In this document: piece after piece, positions 10,927 through 21,579 of the stretch | Layout of the letters: the number at the start of each line of letters is the position of its first letter | Position numbering within the stretch: the first letter of the stretch is position 1 | NCBI GenBank assembly: GCA_947627975.1 | Contig: CANQYB010000001.1 | Coordinates: forward strand, 7,997 to 71,996 | Origin: an uncultured Bacilli bacterium | GTDB taxonomy: Bacteria > Bacillota_I > Bacilli_A > RF39 > UBA660 | Direction: 5' to 3' | DNA length: 64,000 nucleotides | Made by a program: the position numbers and the translations under genes | Notes under the pieces: generated by a model | Databases searched by the model: none | What the model was told of the DNA's origin: nothing | The model's input: only the letters and a program-made list of their open reading frames with translations

Positions 10927-11335
10927 TTTTTTCCCTCCTCAAATAGGTATCTAAAATAATTGATGCAGCTAAAGCATCAATTTTCTTTTTTCGCTTTTTT
11001 CGAGTAACATCTGCACTTATCATTAAATTTTCTGCTTCTTTTGTAGACAATCTCTCATCCACTAAAATAACTTTAATTTTTAACTTTTTTTCTAAAATAT
11101 CATAAAATTTTAATGTTTCCTCAGCTCTTTTTCCTACTGTATTATTCATATTTTTGGGAAATCCTAAAACAAGAGTAGAAATTTGATAATTACTAATAAT
11201 TTCTTCTAGCTTTATAATAAGTTCATCATAGTTATTATAAAATATTGTTTCTAATGATGTAGAAATTGTATTAGTTTTATCAGAAATTGCTACCCCCAAA
11301 GTTTTAGTTCCTAAATCAAGTCCTAAATATCTCAT
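10913..11335 (-). CDS. ruvX: Holliday-junction resolvase-like nuclease RuvX/YqgF
   Basis: 'MRYLGLDLGTKTLGVAISD' N-terminus and an RNase H-like fold, 140 aa. Confidence 0.9.
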   Translation of the reverse strand: MRYLGLDLGTKTLGVAISDKTNTISTSLETIFYNNYDELIIKLEEIISNYQISTLVLGFPKNMNNTVGKRAEETLKFYDILEKKLKIKVILVDERLSTKEAENLMISADVTRKKRKKKIDALAASIILDTYLRREKNGGK

Positions 11336-11580
11336 TTTTTATTTTCTAAATAAAACTCAAGTAAAATTTGAATAATTTCAGTACGATCTAAATCTATTAT
11401 TTTATTTCTGGCATTTTTATATGAAGAAATATATCCTGGATCACCACTTATTAAATAACCAACTAATTGATTTACAGGATTATAACCTCTTTCACTTAAC
11501 GCCTCAAATACTTCATTTAAAGTTTTTGCAACTAATTCATTTTTAATAATAGAAACATCAAAAAGTGTTGTTTTATCCAT
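11332..11580 (-). CDS. ireB: IreB family regulatory phosphoprotein (UPF0297/YrzL)
   Basis: 82 aa with 'GYNPVNQLVGYLISGDPGYISSYKNAR', typical of UPF0297. Sits upstream of ruvX as in Firmicutes. Confidence 0.8.
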   Translation of the reverse strand: MDKTTLFDVSIIKNELVAKTLNEVFEALSERGYNPVNQLVGYLISGDPGYISSYKNARNKIIDLDRTEIIQILLEFYLENKK

Positions 11581-11698
11581 TATATCACCTCTTAATACAT
11601 AAACATTGTAACATTAAATAGATATTTTAACAAGTAAATAAACTTATGTATTATTTAATTTACAAAAATAAACATAGTATATGATAGGAGTGATATAA

Positions 11699-12190
11699 TT
11701 GTTAAAATTTATTAAAGAACAAATATATATCATTAAGAAAAATGATCCGTCAATAAAAAAAACCATTGAAATATTTCTTCATCCAAGTTTTAGAGCCTTA
11801 TTTTATTATAAAATATCCCATAAATTATATAAATTAAAATTATACTTTTTAGCAAGATTGATTTCTATGCGAGCAAAAATTACTACAGGTATTGAAATAC
11901 ATCCAGGAGCTACAATTGGCAAAAATTTTTTCTGTGATCATGGTAGTGGCGTAGTAATTGGCGAAACAGCTGTAATAAAAGACAATGTCATTATTTTTCA
12001 AGGAGTAACACTTGGAGCATTAAAAATTCAAAATGGAAAAAGACATCCAACAATTGAGGATAATGTAATAATTGGATCAAATGCTTTGATACTAGGAAAT
12101 ATCACAATTGGCAAAAATTCTAAAATATCTGCTGGCAATATTATAACTAAAGATATACTTCCTAATTCAAAGATAATAAAAAAAGATTAA
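11699..12190 (+). CDS. cysE: serine O-acetyltransferase (short form)
   Basis: Left-handed beta-helix hexapeptide repeats 'IHPGATIGKNFFCDHGSGVVIGETAVIKDNVIIFQGVTLG' and an N-terminal SATase helix. TTG start. Confidence 0.8.
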   Translation: MLKFIKEQIYIIKKNDPSIKKTIEIFLHPSFRALFYYKISHKLYKLKLYFLARLISMRAKITTGIEIHPGATIGKNFFCDHGSGVVIGETAVIKDNVIIFQGVTLGALKIQNGKRHPTIEDNVIIGSNALILGNITIGKNSKISAGNIITKDILPNSKIIKKD

Positions 12191-12194
12191 AATT

Positions 12195-12890
12195 TTAACT
12201 ATTCATAGTACATTTTAATCTTCTAATTACTTTTTTTTCAATTCTTGATATATATGATTGGCTGATACCAAGAATTTCAGCCACTTCTTTCTGTGTATAT
12301 TCTTTTGTATTATTTAAACCATATCTTAAAACCATAATTTGTTTTTCTCGTTTATTTAATTGATTAATTTCCTTTTCAAGTTCATCTTTATTCATCTTAT
12401 TTTCAAATTCTTTAATAACAATATCGCAATCAGTTCCAAGAATATCTTCAAGATGTAATTCATTTCCCTCAGCATCATAATTTAATGCATCTTCAAAACT
12501 TATTTCTGCTTTTTTATTTTTATTTTTTCTTAAAAACATTAAAATTTCATTTGCAATACAACGGGAAGCATAAGTTGCTAATTTAATGTTTTTATCAATT
12601 TTATACGTATTAATACCCTTTATAAGTCCAATTGACCCAATACTAACTAAATCCTCAATATCATAACCAGTATTTTCATATTTTTTAGCTAAAAATACTA
12701 CTAATCTTAAATTATGTTCAATTAATTTATTTTTTGCATCTTCATCTCCATTAAACGATTTTTTTAAATATTCTAACTCTTCCTCTTTTTTCAAAGGTGG
12801 TGGCAACATATTAGCACTACCTACATAATAAATTCTATTTTTCCTTAACTTTTTTAAAAATAAATAATTTTTTATTTTTTTTAATATCAT
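12195..12890 (-). CDS. sigE: sporulation sigma factor sigma-E precursor (pro-sigma-E)
   Basis: Sigma-70 regions 2-4 with 'YVGSANMLPPPLKKEEE', the characteristic pro-sigE/sigK motif. C-terminal HTH 'QKEVAEILGISQSYISRIEKK'. Immediately downstream of spoIIGA. Confidence 0.8.
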   Translation of the reverse strand: MILKKIKNYLFLKKLRKNRIYYVGSANMLPPPLKKEEELEYLKKSFNGDEDAKNKLIEHNLRLVVFLAKKYENTGYDIEDLVSIGSIGLIKGINTYKIDKNIKLATYASRCIANEILMFLRKNKNKKAEISFEDALNYDAEGNELHLEDILGTDCDIVIKEFENKMNKDELEKEINQLNKREKQIMVLRYGLNNTKEYTQKEVAEILGISQSYISRIEKKVIRRLKCTMNS

Positions 12891-13686
12891 TTTTCTTCTC
12901 CTCCCAAATTTTTTTATTTAATATAAGTGAAACATTTTCTATAAAAAAATCACTTTCACTAATACCCACTAATAAATTAGTAAAAACTCCTACATTTTTT
13001 ATTATTAATTTATTTATAGTAAAACATTTTAATAAACTTGTATGATTTAAAGATGAATACGGAACATAAATAATATTTTTTGGAATATAATCATTTAAAT
13101 ATTTTTTAGAAATTAAAATAATAGGTTTTTTAAAATATGGATCTATTAATTTATTACCAGTATCTAAAAAAGCATTTAATTTTAAAATTTTATTATTTTT
13201 TAATATCAAATCAACTTTATAGATATCATAATAATTTTCTTTATATTTTTTTATATTCTTTATATAAATATATAAACTTATAGGAGAAATTATTAATAAA
13301 ATAATAAAATTTATATTAAATTTATCATAATAAAATATTAATCCTTCATTTTTATAACTAAATGTAATGGATAAAAAATATAAAAATCCTCCTAAAATAA
13401 TACTTACTAAATATAAAGTTTTAAATGCTTTAAAAAAATCTTTTAAATTAAAAGAAATAAGTATCATAATAATACTAATTAAAACTTTGACCATAAATAA
13501 TTCTAAACTATTTAACTTAATAAATAAAAACAATATAGAAAAAGATCCAACAAAAGCTGATAATAAAAGATATTTAAATTTTATATTTTTTTTTAAAATA
13601 ATTGCTGTTGATAGCATAAGTAAAAAATCAAAAGAAAAATTTAGAAAAAAAACTAAATCAACATAAACAATCATAAGTATCACCAT
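12835..13686 (-). CDS. spoIIGA: sigma-E processing peptidase SpoIIGA
   Basis: 283 aa with five N-terminal TM helices and a C-terminal aspartic-protease motif 'FLDTGNKLIDP'. Canonical spoIIGA-sigE arrangement. Confidence 0.75.
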   Translation of the reverse strand: MVILMIVYVDLVFFLNFSFDFLLMLSTAIILKKNIKFKYLLLSAFVGSFSILFLFIKLNSLELFMVKVLISIIMILISFNLKDFFKAFKTLYLVSIILGGFLYFLSITFSYKNEGLIFYYDKFNINFIILLIISPISLYIYIKNIKKYKENYYDIYKVDLILKNNKILKLNAFLDTGNKLIDPYFKKPIILISKKYLNDYIPKNIIYVPYSSLNHTSLLKCFTINKLIIKNVGVFTNLLVGISESDFFIENVSLILNKKIWEEKKNDIKKNKKLFIFKKVKEK

Positions 13687-13714
13687 ATTTAATATAAAAT
13701 ATAATAAAAAATAA

Positions 13715-13756
13715 TTTTGTCAAAAAAAATACAAATTTTAAAATTTGTATTTTTTT
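13715..13756 (-). terminator. rho-independent terminator after LamG paralog 1
   Basis: Palindrome aaatacaaatttt/aaaatttgtattt followed by a U-run on the minus-strand transcript. Confidence 0.5.
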
Positions 13757-14924
13757 ATTGTAAAGCATTATAATTTTTTAATACTTCAGCCTCAGATAAT
13801 GCTCTACTATATACTTTTACATTGGATATTATTCCATTAAAATATTCATTGCTACACTTAGATCCATCAGGATTACATCCTAAAGCTAAATTAGTTTTAT
13901 TCCCTGGTTTTCCAATTTTTGTTAATGTGTCCGAAACGTGAATAGTTGTAGCTTGAACATTTCCATCTATATATAATTTAATATCCTTTCCATCATATGT
14001 TGTTACTACATGATATTTAGTTTCTGTAGCTAAATTTGATGCACTATTAAAACTACGATATGATCCTACATAAATAAACGGACCAACTTGTTGCTTATAA
14101 AATCTTATAGAATATCCTCCTGATTGCAAATTAGCAATAGGACACATATAAGTTGATGAAAAATTCTTAATAATAATTTCTGTTTCCAAAGTTACATAAT
14201 CATAATTAAGTTCACCTATTATTACACCATCATTTGTTCCATCAAATGAAAGTCCTTCACTTGTTTTTGTTGCACCTTCTACTTTTCCATTATGTCTATT
14301 TCCTGATTTGTCTATTAATGTATCACTTGCATTTTCTAAACTTCTTTTATTATATAATAGTTCTAATCCTTCTCTTACTATACTTTTGTCTTTTTCTTCA
14401 TAGCTTCCACTTTCTTTTATTCCTATTGTTCCCTCGATTGTTAATCCTTGATTATAATCTTGATTTTCTTTTGTTTCTTTTAATTGAAAAGTTATTTTAT
14501 ATGTTTGAATTTCTTTACTTTTTATTGTTTGTCCTTTTATTATTCCTAAATTTTCTCCTGCTTCTGGTACTTTACTTTCAGGAAGGCCTTTACATCCACT
14601 TGTACATGTTATTGTGTATACTAACTCATCTTTTAATATTTCATTATCAAGTTTTAACCACACTAAATCATATGTCACATCTACACTTCCAGTATTTTCT
14701 ACTGTTACTTCTTTTGTCTTACTCCATCCAGGACTTATTTCTGTAGCGTTAAATGAAGGTGTTTTATCTGAAAAACTTAAAGATAATGTTCCTGTTTTAG
14801 TTACTACATTTTCTGAATTTGTATTTCCATTTATTGTTGCACTAAAGTAGGCATAAGAACTTCCGACTATTAAAATACTTATTAAACACATTGTAATTAT
14901 TAATATTATATATTTTTTCTTCAT
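13755..14924 (-). CDS. secreted protein with SipW-cognate-type signal peptide (TasA/camelysin-like N-terminus) and C-terminal LamG/concanavalin-like domain; paralog 1
   Basis: N-terminus 'MKKKYIILIITMCLISILIVGSSYAYFSA' fits the G(S/T)-aromatic-A-x-F-S motif of SipW-cognate signal peptides. The C-terminus 'NGIISNVKVYSRALSEAEVLKNYNAL' is LamG-like. The first roughly 230 aa are near-identical to the 62309..63499 product. Confidence 0.7.
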   Translation of the reverse strand: MKKKYIILIITMCLISILIVGSSYAYFSATINGNTNSENVVTKTGTLSLSFSDKTPSFNATEISPGWSKTKEVTVENTGSVDVTYDLVWLKLDNEILKDELVYTITCTSGCKGLPESKVPEAGENLGIIKGQTIKSKEIQTYKITFQLKETKENQDYNQGLTIEGTIGIKESGSYEEKDKSIVREGLELLYNKRSLENASDTLIDKSGNRHNGKVEGATKTSEGLSFDGTNDGVIIGELNYDYVTLETEIIIKNFSSTYMCPIANLQSGGYSIRFYKQQVGPFIYVGSYRSFNSASNLATETKYHVVTTYDGKDIKLYIDGNVQATTIHVSDTLTKIGKPGNKTNLALGCNPDGSKCSNEYFNGIISNVKVYSRALSEAEVLKNYNALQ

Positions 14925-14940
14925 TTTTTATTCCTTCTTA
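14235..14940. repeat. about 700-bp direct repeat copy A (5' half of LamG paralog genes)
   Basis: About 97% nucleotide identity to 62810..63515. Both copies are on the minus strand. Confidence 0.85.
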
Positions 14941-14951
14941 TCTTTTTCATT

Positions 14952-15947
14952 TTAAATATTAAGTTTAATATTAAAATGTTTATAAGCTTTTTCTGTTGCT
15001 ATTCGTCCTCTTTGTGTCCTTTTTATAAAACCTTCTTGCATCAAAAATGGTTCAATAATATCCTCTAAAGTAGATACTTCTTCGCCAATTGATGAAGCAA
15101 GAGTTTCAACTCCAACAGGTCCACCATTAAACTTATTAATTAGACTTAGTAAATAATCTTGATCATTATTATCTAGTCCATAATCATCTACTTTTAATTT
15201 TTTTAATGATTCTTCAGCAGTTATTTTATCTATAGTTTCTTTTTCTAAAACTAAAGCAAAATCTCTAACTCTTTTAAATAATCTATTAGCAATTCTTGGA
15301 GTTCTCCTACTTCGAGAAGCAATTACATGTGCAGCATCCTCAGTAATAGGAAAATCTAATACTCTAGAGGTTCTTTTTACAATATCAATTAATTCTGAAG
15401 TTTTATAATATTCAAGTTTAGATACAATTCCAAATCTATCTCTTAAAGGTGATGAAATATCTCCAGCTTTAGTAGTTGCTCCAACTAAAGTAAATGGTGG
15501 TAAATCAATTTTTATATTTCTACTTGAGCCATCATTGCCAATAACTATATCAAGTTCAAAATCTTCCATAGCTGGATAAAGAATTTCCTCAATATATTTG
15601 GGCATTCGATGAATTTCATCAATAAATAAAACATCTCCAGGCTCTAAGGTAGATAAAATGGCCGCTAAATCACCACTTTTTTCTATAGATGGACCACTTG
15701 CAGTTTTTAAATTTGTCCCAAGTTCATTAGCAATAATATGTGCTAATGTTGTTTTACCAAGACCTGGAGGTCCATATAATAATACATGATCTAATACTTC
15801 ATTTCTGATTTTGCATGCTTTTATAAATACATCAATATTTTCTTTTATTTCTTTTTGGCCAATATACTCATTTAAATACTGAGGACGAATAAGTTCATCT
15901 TTATCATCATTATTTATAATTTTTTCATTAAGTATATCTTTATCCAT
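14952..15947 (-). CDS. ruvB: Holliday junction DNA helicase RuvB
   Basis: Walker A '[11 protein letters not shown]', sensor motifs, and a winged-helix C-terminus. Confidence 0.95.
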   Translation of the reverse strand: MDKDILNEKIINNDDKDELIRPQYLNEYIGQKEIKENIDVFIKACKIRNEVLDHVLLYGPPGLGKTTLAHIIANELGTNLKTASGPSIEKSGDLAAILSTLEPGDVLFIDEIHRMPKYIEEILYPAMEDFELDIVIGNDGSSRNIKIDLPPFTLVGATTKAGDISSPLRDRFGIVSKLEYYKTSELIDIVKRTSRVLDFPITEDAAHVIASRSRRTPRIANRLFKRVRDFALVLEKETIDKITAEESLKKLKVDDYGLDNNDQDYLLSLINKFNGGPVGVETLASSIGEEVSTLEDIIEPFLMQEGFIKRTQRGRIATEKAYKHFNIKLNI

Positions 15948-15959
15948 ATAAAGTCCTCC

Positions 15960-16514
15960 TTATTTTAATAAATATTTTAATGCTATTTTAATTTGATTTT
16001 CAATTTTTTCTTCATTTTTAATATTTGGTAAAACTTTTTTTATATCATTAGATTTATAACCTAAATTTTCCAATGCAGATATTAATTCTTTGTAATCATT
16101 TTGAATTTGACTATCTTCTTTTTTGACTAATTTACCTTTTAAATCTAATATAATTTGTCTAGCTAGTTTTTCTCCAACTTTAGGTATTTTTTTTAAATAT
16201 AATATATTTTCTCTTTCTATTGCATCTTTAATGCCAGAAACACTTCCACTTCCCAAAATAATCATTGCAACTTTTGGTCCTAATCCTTTAACATTTATAA
16301 ACTTTAAAAATAATTCTTTTTCTTCTTTATCTTTAAACCCATATAAAGTAAATTCATCTTCTCTAATATGACAATAAATATAAATTTTTATATCATTTTG
16401 CTCATTATAATAATAAGGATTAGAAACTAAAATTTCATAACCAATATTATTATTTTCAACTACAATATAATTTGGTGTTACATTCGTAACAGTGCCTTTA
16501 ATATAATTAAACAT
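15960..16514 (-). CDS. ruvA: Holliday junction DNA helicase RuvA
   Basis: 'MFNYIKGTV' N-terminus and HhH motifs 'VKGLGPKVAMIIL'. Sits upstream of ruvB. Confidence 0.9.
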   Translation of the reverse strand: MFNYIKGTVTNVTPNYIVVENNNIGYEILVSNPYYYNEQNDIKIYIYCHIREDEFTLYGFKDKEEKELFLKFINVKGLGPKVAMIILGSGSVSGIKDAIERENILYLKKIPKVGEKLARQIILDLKGKLVKKEDSQIQNDYKELISALENLGYKSNDIKKVLPNIKNEEKIENQIKIALKYLLK

Positions 16515-16562
16515 CTTATCACCTAAATTAATATTATCATATAAATGTTTTATTATTCAATA

Positions 16563-18686
16563 TTAAATCATACTTAATGATACTCTTTCATTTTCTTTGT
16601 TTATTTCTATTACTTTTACTTTAACAATATCGCCAACTTTTAATATTTCTTTAGGATCTTTAATAAAATCATTAGAAATTTTTGAAATATGAATTAATCC
16701 ATCATTATGTAAACCAATATCTATAAAAGCTCCAAAATCAACAACATTTCTTACAGTACCTTGTAATATATCTCCAATATTTAAATCATTTATATTTAAT
16801 ATATCACTTCTTAAAATTGGTTTTTCTATTTCATCTCTTGGATCTCTATTAGGTTTTATAAGTGATTTTATAATATCTTCTAACGTATATTTGTCAATAT
16901 TTAATTCTAAACTATTAATGTTTGTCGAAGTTATTATATTTATAAATTCTTTTTTGCCAATGTCATTTATATTTAAATTTAATTTTTTTAATATATCTTT
17001 TACGATACCATAATTTTCAGGATGAATTGATGTCTTATCTAAAGGATTAGAACCATCTATTATTCGCATAAATCCAATTGATTGTTCATAAATTTTAGGC
17101 GTTATGTATTTAATATTTTTAATTTCTTCTCGACTTTTTATATACTTAACTTTATTTTTATATTCCATGATTTGATTTATTACTTTTTTATTAAGACCAG
17201 AGACATAACTTAACAATGAATATGAAGCTGTATTAATATTTACACCAACTTGATTAACTACTTTACTTACAACAAAATTTAAACTCTCATCTAATTTTTT
17301 TCCTTGTATATCATGTTGATATAATCCAACACCAATATTTTTAGGATCTATTTTTACAAGTTCAGCCAAAGCATCTTGTAATCTTCTGCCAATACTAATG
17401 GCACTTCTTTTTTCTACTGTAAGATCGGGAAATTCCTTAATTGCTAATAAAGATGCAGAATATACACTAGCTCCGGCTTCTGATACAATAATATATTCTA
17501 CTTTTCTTTTAACCTTCTTTATAGTATTTGCTATAAATTTTTCACTTTCTCTTGATGCTGTACCATTGCCAATAGCAATAATATCAATATTATATTTATT
17601 GATTAAATCAATAACAATTTGTTCACTTTCTAAAATTTTATTATGAGGTTCATTTGGATAAATAACTTTAATATCTAAAACATTACCAAAAGGATCTAAA
17701 ACAGCTAATTTACAACCAGTTCTAAAAGCTGGATCAAACCCCATAACTACACTATTTTTTATTGGTGGAGTTAATAATAAACTTTCAACATTTTTAGAAA
17801 AATTATATATAGCAACATCAGAAGCCTTATCTTTTAAAAAAGTTCTTATTTCTCGTTCTATACTAGGAAATATCAATCTTTTGTAACTATCTTTAATAGC
17901 ATCTTCTATTATCATTGATTTATTTTTATTAAGTACTTTTTCGTTTAAAAAATTCAATATTTTATTTTCATCTATTTGAATTGTTACATTAAGAATTTTT
18001 TCTTTTTCACCTCGATTAAGTGCTAAAACTCTATGAGGTTTTATAGTTTTTATTTTTTCTTCAAAATTATAATACATTTTATAAATTTGCAATTTATCAG
18101 TAGCATTTTTCTTTTTCTCAGATTTGATAATTCCCTCTTTTAAAATAGTATTACGAATATTTTTTCGATAATATGCATTATCACTAATCCACTCAGCAAT
18201 AATATATTTTGCACCATTAATTGCATCTTCTATTTTCTTAATATTATTATTGAGAAATTTTTTAGCTACATTATTTATATCTTCATCTTTTTTTAAAGAC
18301 ATAATAATTTTTGCTAATGGTTCAAGTCCATTTTTAATTGCATCAGTTGCTTTTGTTTTTTTCTTATCTTTATATGGACGATATAAATCTTCAACTTCAA
18401 CCAATTTTTTAGCATTCATAATATTATTTTTTATTTCATCAGTTAATAGTTTTTTTTCATCAATTAATCGAATAACCTCTTCTTTTCTATTAAGCAAATT
18501 AATTTGATAGGTATAAACTTCATTAATTTTTCTAATTTCTTCTTCATTTAATGAACCAGTTTTTTCTTTTCTATATCTTGCAATAAAGGGAATTGTATTT
18601 CCATTTTTAAGCAAATCTAAAACTGCTTTAACTTGATAATCTAGTATATTTAAATCTTTACAAATATTAATTATTATTTCATCCAT
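16563..18686 (-). CDS. tex: transcription accessory protein Tex (YqgF/HhH/S1 domains)
   Basis: 707 aa with a YqgF-like domain, HhH motifs and a C-terminal S1 domain 'GDILQGTVRNVVDFGAFIDIG...DPKEILKVGDIVKVKVIEI'. Confidence 0.9.
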   Translation of the reverse strand: MDEIIINICKDLNILDYQVKAVLDLLKNGNTIPFIARYRKEKTGSLNEEEIRKINEVYTYQINLLNRKEEVIRLIDEKKLLTDEIKNNIMNAKKLVEVEDLYRPYKDKKKTKATDAIKNGLEPLAKIIMSLKKDEDINNVAKKFLNNNIKKIEDAINGAKYIIAEWISDNAYYRKNIRNTILKEGIIKSEKKKNATDKLQIYKMYYNFEEKIKTIKPHRVLALNRGEKEKILNVTIQIDENKILNFLNEKVLNKNKSMIIEDAIKDSYKRLIFPSIEREIRTFLKDKASDVAIYNFSKNVESLLLTPPIKNSVVMGFDPAFRTGCKLAVLDPFGNVLDIKVIYPNEPHNKILESEQIVIDLINKYNIDIIAIGNGTASRESEKFIANTIKKVKRKVEYIIVSEAGASVYSASLLAIKEFPDLTVEKRSAISIGRRLQDALAELVKIDPKNIGVGLYQHDIQGKKLDESLNFVVSKVVNQVGVNINTASYSLLSYVSGLNKKVINQIMEYKNKVKYIKSREEIKNIKYITPKIYEQSIGFMRIIDGSNPLDKTSIHPENYGIVKDILKKLNLNINDIGKKEFINIITSTNINSLELNIDKYTLEDIIKSLIKPNRDPRDEIEKPILRSDILNINDLNIGDILQGTVRNVVDFGAFIDIGLHNDGLIHISKISNDFIKDPKEILKVGDIVKVKVIEINKENERVSLSMI

Positions 18687-18803
18687 TTTATCACCGTATT
18701 AAATTATACCATAAAAAATAAAGAATTTCTTTAAATATAATAATTATTATAAATAGCCTAGTCTAAAAAAAAATTAATACATATATTAAAAAGAGGTGTA
18801 TTA

Positions 18804-19610
18804 ATGAAAGAGTTTATAACGATTTTACCACATTCAATTCAAGCATTATTAGCAGCTATATTTACATATTTAATTACTGCTTTAGGTTCATCAGTTGTTT
18901 TTTTATTTAAAAAACCTAAAAAATTAATTTTGGATAGTATGATTTCTTTTGCAGCTGGTGTGATGATTGCCGCATCATTTTTCTCTTTAATTGAACCAGC
19001 TATTACAATGGCTAAAAATTTAAAACTTTGTGTATGGCTCACATTAGTTATTGGCGTAATTTCTGGAGGAATATTTTTATTTATTTGTGATAAAACCTTT
19101 GATCATTTTCAAAATAAATTTAGTAATAATAAAATTAAAAATAATAGCATGAAAAGAATCTGGTTATTAATTTTTTCTATTACCATTCATAACATTCCGG
19201 AAGGTTTAGCAATTGGAGTAGCATTTGGATCTTTAACCTATAATTTAAATGGAGCAACATTAGCAGCAGCATTTGCTTTAGCAATTGGTATCGGAATACA
19301 AAATTTTCCAGAAGGTAGTGCTATTTCGTTACCACTTTTAAGAGAAGGATTTTCACGAAAAAAAGCATTTTTTTGGGGACAAATTAGTGGGATTGTTGAA
19401 CCAATTTCAGCATTGCTTGGAGCAATATTAATTATCAAAGTAAGATTCTTGCTACCATTTTGTTTAGCATTTGCAGGAGGTGCTATGATATATGTAGTAG
19501 TTGAAGAATTAATTCCTGAATGTCAAAAAGGTGAAAATAAAAATATCATGGCTTTTATTATTTTAATAGGTTTTTGTATAATGATGGCTTTAGATGTTGC
19601 TTTAGGATAA
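18804..19610 (+). CDS. zupT: ZIP family metal (zinc) transporter
   Basis: 268 aa with 8 TM helices and ZIP signatures 'HNIPEGLAIG' and 'HNFPEGSAI'. Confidence 0.85.
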   Translation: MKEFITILPHSIQALLAAIFTYLITALGSSVVFLFKKPKKLILDSMISFAAGVMIAASFFSLIEPAITMAKNLKLCVWLTLVIGVISGGIFLFICDKTFDHFQNKFSNNKIKNNSMKRIWLLIFSITIHNIPEGLAIGVAFGSLTYNLNGATLAAAFALAIGIGIQNFPEGSAISLPLLREGFSRKKAFFWGQISGIVEPISALLGAILIIKVRFLLPFCLAFAGGAMIYVVVEELIPECQKGENKNIMAFIILIGFCIMMALDVALG

Positions 19611-19646
19611 AAATAAGGATTTAACATAATTAAATCCTTATTTTTG
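19611..19646. terminator. bidirectional rho-independent terminator between convergent zupT and serS
   Basis: aaggattta-cataat-taaatcctt hairpin flanked by A-run and T-run. Confidence 0.55.
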
Positions 19647-19789
19647 TATAACAAAATTTTTTAAATATAAATTTTTTGGTTGAATTGGAAAAACTTTTTG
19701 TTTATATTCTTTTTACTTTTCTTTTATTTGATTATTTCTTAATAACTCATTTATGTATGCTATTTTTATATAATAAGTAATTAAATCAT

Positions 19790-21076
19790 CTACTTCTTTT
19801 CAATTTTTTTCATTCCACCCATGTAAGATTGTAATACTTTTGGAATTTTTATTGACCCATCTTTTTGATAGTTATTTTCAATTAAGGCTATTAACCCTCT
19901 TGGAGATGCAAGTACTGTATTATTTAAAGTATGTACTAAATAATTTTCATTTTCGCCTTTTGCTCTAATTTTTAATCTTCTAGCTTGAGCATCTCCTAAA
20001 GTTGAACATGATCCTACTTCGAAATACTTTTGTTGTCTAGGGCTCCAAGCTTCCACATCACATGATTTAACTTTTAAATCAGCAAGATCTCCACTACAAC
20101 ATTCTAAAGTTCTAACAGGTATATTTAAGCTTCTAAAAAAGTCCACAGTAAATTTCCACATTTTATTATACCAATCCATTGAATCTTCAGGTTTACAAAT
20201 AACAACCATTTCTTCTTTTTCAAATTGATGAACACGATACAATCCTCTTTCTTCTATTCCATGTGCTCCAACTTCTTTTCTAAAACATGGAGAATAAGAA
20301 GTTAATGTTAATGGTAATTTTTTTTCATCAATTATTTGATCTTTATATTTTCCTATCATAGAATGCTCTGATGTACCAATTAAATATAAATCTTCTCCTT
20401 CAATTTTATACATCATAGCTTCCATTTCTTCAAAACTCATTACGCCATCTACAACATCACTTCTAATCATAAATGGTGGAATACAATATGTAAAACCTTT
20501 ATCTATCATAAAATCTTTAGCATATGCAAGCATGGCAGAATGAAGACGAGCAATATCACCCATTAAATAATAAAAACCATTTCCAGATGTCCTACCACTA
20601 GCATTATCTTTATCTAGTCCATCAAAAGTATCAATTATATCAGTATGATAAGGTATTTCATAATCTAAAACTTTTGGTTTTCCATATTTTTTTATTTCTA
20701 CATTATCATTATCATCTTTACCTATTGGTACAGAAGGATCAATAATATTAGGTATAACTAGTAGTCTTTCTCTTAATTCTTTATTACAATTTTCCTCTCT
20801 TTTTTCTATTTCAGTAATTTTTTCATTTATTTCTATTACTAGCTTTTTTTGATTTTCTGCTTCATTTTTTTGATTTGTTTTATATAATTCACCTATTTTA
20901 TCAGATAATTTGTTTCTTCTTGCTCTAAGTTCATCCCCTTGAAGTTTTAATTCACATACAAGATCATATAAATCAATTGCTTCATCTACTAGACATAGTT
21001 TATGATTTTGATATTTCTTTTTAATATTTTCCTTTACTAATTCCCTATTTTCTTTAATAAATTTAATATCTAACAT
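19790..21076 (-). CDS. serS: serine--tRNA ligase
   Basis: N-terminal coiled-coil arm plus class II core motifs 'FRKEVGAHG' and 'GSCSTLGDAQARRL'. 428 aa. Confidence 0.95.
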   Translation of the reverse strand: MLDIKFIKENRELVKENIKKKYQNHKLCLVDEAIDLYDLVCELKLQGDELRARRNKLSDKIGELYKTNQKNEAENQKKLVIEINEKITEIEKREENCNKELRERLLVIPNIIDPSVPIGKDDNDNVEIKKYGKPKVLDYEIPYHTDIIDTFDGLDKDNASGRTSGNGFYYLMGDIARLHSAMLAYAKDFMIDKGFTYCIPPFMIRSDVVDGVMSFEEMEAMMYKIEGEDLYLIGTSEHSMIGKYKDQIIDEKKLPLTLTSYSPCFRKEVGAHGIEERGLYRVHQFEKEEMVVICKPEDSMDWYNKMWKFTVDFFRSLNIPVRTLECCSGDLADLKVKSCDVEAWSPRQQKYFEVGSCSTLGDAQARRLKIRAKGENENYLVHTLNNTVLASPRGLIALIENNYQKDGSIKIPKVLQSYMGGMKKIEKK

Positions 21077-21579
21077 ATATAATCATTCTCCATTTCCTTT
21101 ATTTTATTCATTATTTTTTGATAATTGGGTTGATATTTAACTCTATTTCTTTCCCTATCTTTAATTGTGGGATTATTTATTCTTTCCAAATTCATATTAT
21201 GTTCTAAATCTGCTTTTTTTATATGTAAAACATTTAAATTATCACTTTGAATAAGTCTATTAATATAATCATTATACGATTCATTTTCTCTTTTAGTAAT
21301 TATGCTTACTATTTGGACCACTTCTTTTGAAAATCCTAATTTAAGTAAATATTCTTCATCAACAAAATCAATATCTTCAATGACATCATGTAATAATCCT
21401 GCAATTTTTTCTAAGTCATTTATACCTTTTGATGACACAGTATACAAATGCACTAAATAACGATTTCCACCTTTATCTACTTTATTTTTAAAAAGTTCAT
21501 GCACTAAAATTTCTGCTTTTTCATATTCATTTTTTTTATTTAAAATATTATTCATTACAATCACCCCTATATATTTCAA
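21070..21579 (-). CDS. HD-domain phosphohydrolase (Rel/SpoT-like HDxxED motif)
   Basis: 'HLYTVSSKG...IAGLLHDVIEDIDF' is an HD motif resembling the (p)ppGpp-hydrolase HD fold. 169 aa. Confidence 0.55.
   Translation of the reverse strand: MKYIGVIVMNNILNKKNEYEKAEILVHELFKNKVDKGGNRYLVHLYTVSSKGINDLEKIAGLLHDVIEDIDFVDEEYLLKLGFSKEVVQIVSIITKRENESYNDYINRLIQSDNLNVLHIKKADLEHNMNLERINNPTIKDRERNRVKYQPNYQKIMNKIKEMENDYIC

Noticed and set aside
14234-14850. Plus-strand ORFs (170 aa and 78 aa) rich in L/F/H inside the LamG paralog gene; equivalent ORFs at 62794..63425
   Set aside because: Antisense artefacts. They are duplicated only because the underlying minus-strand gene is duplicated.
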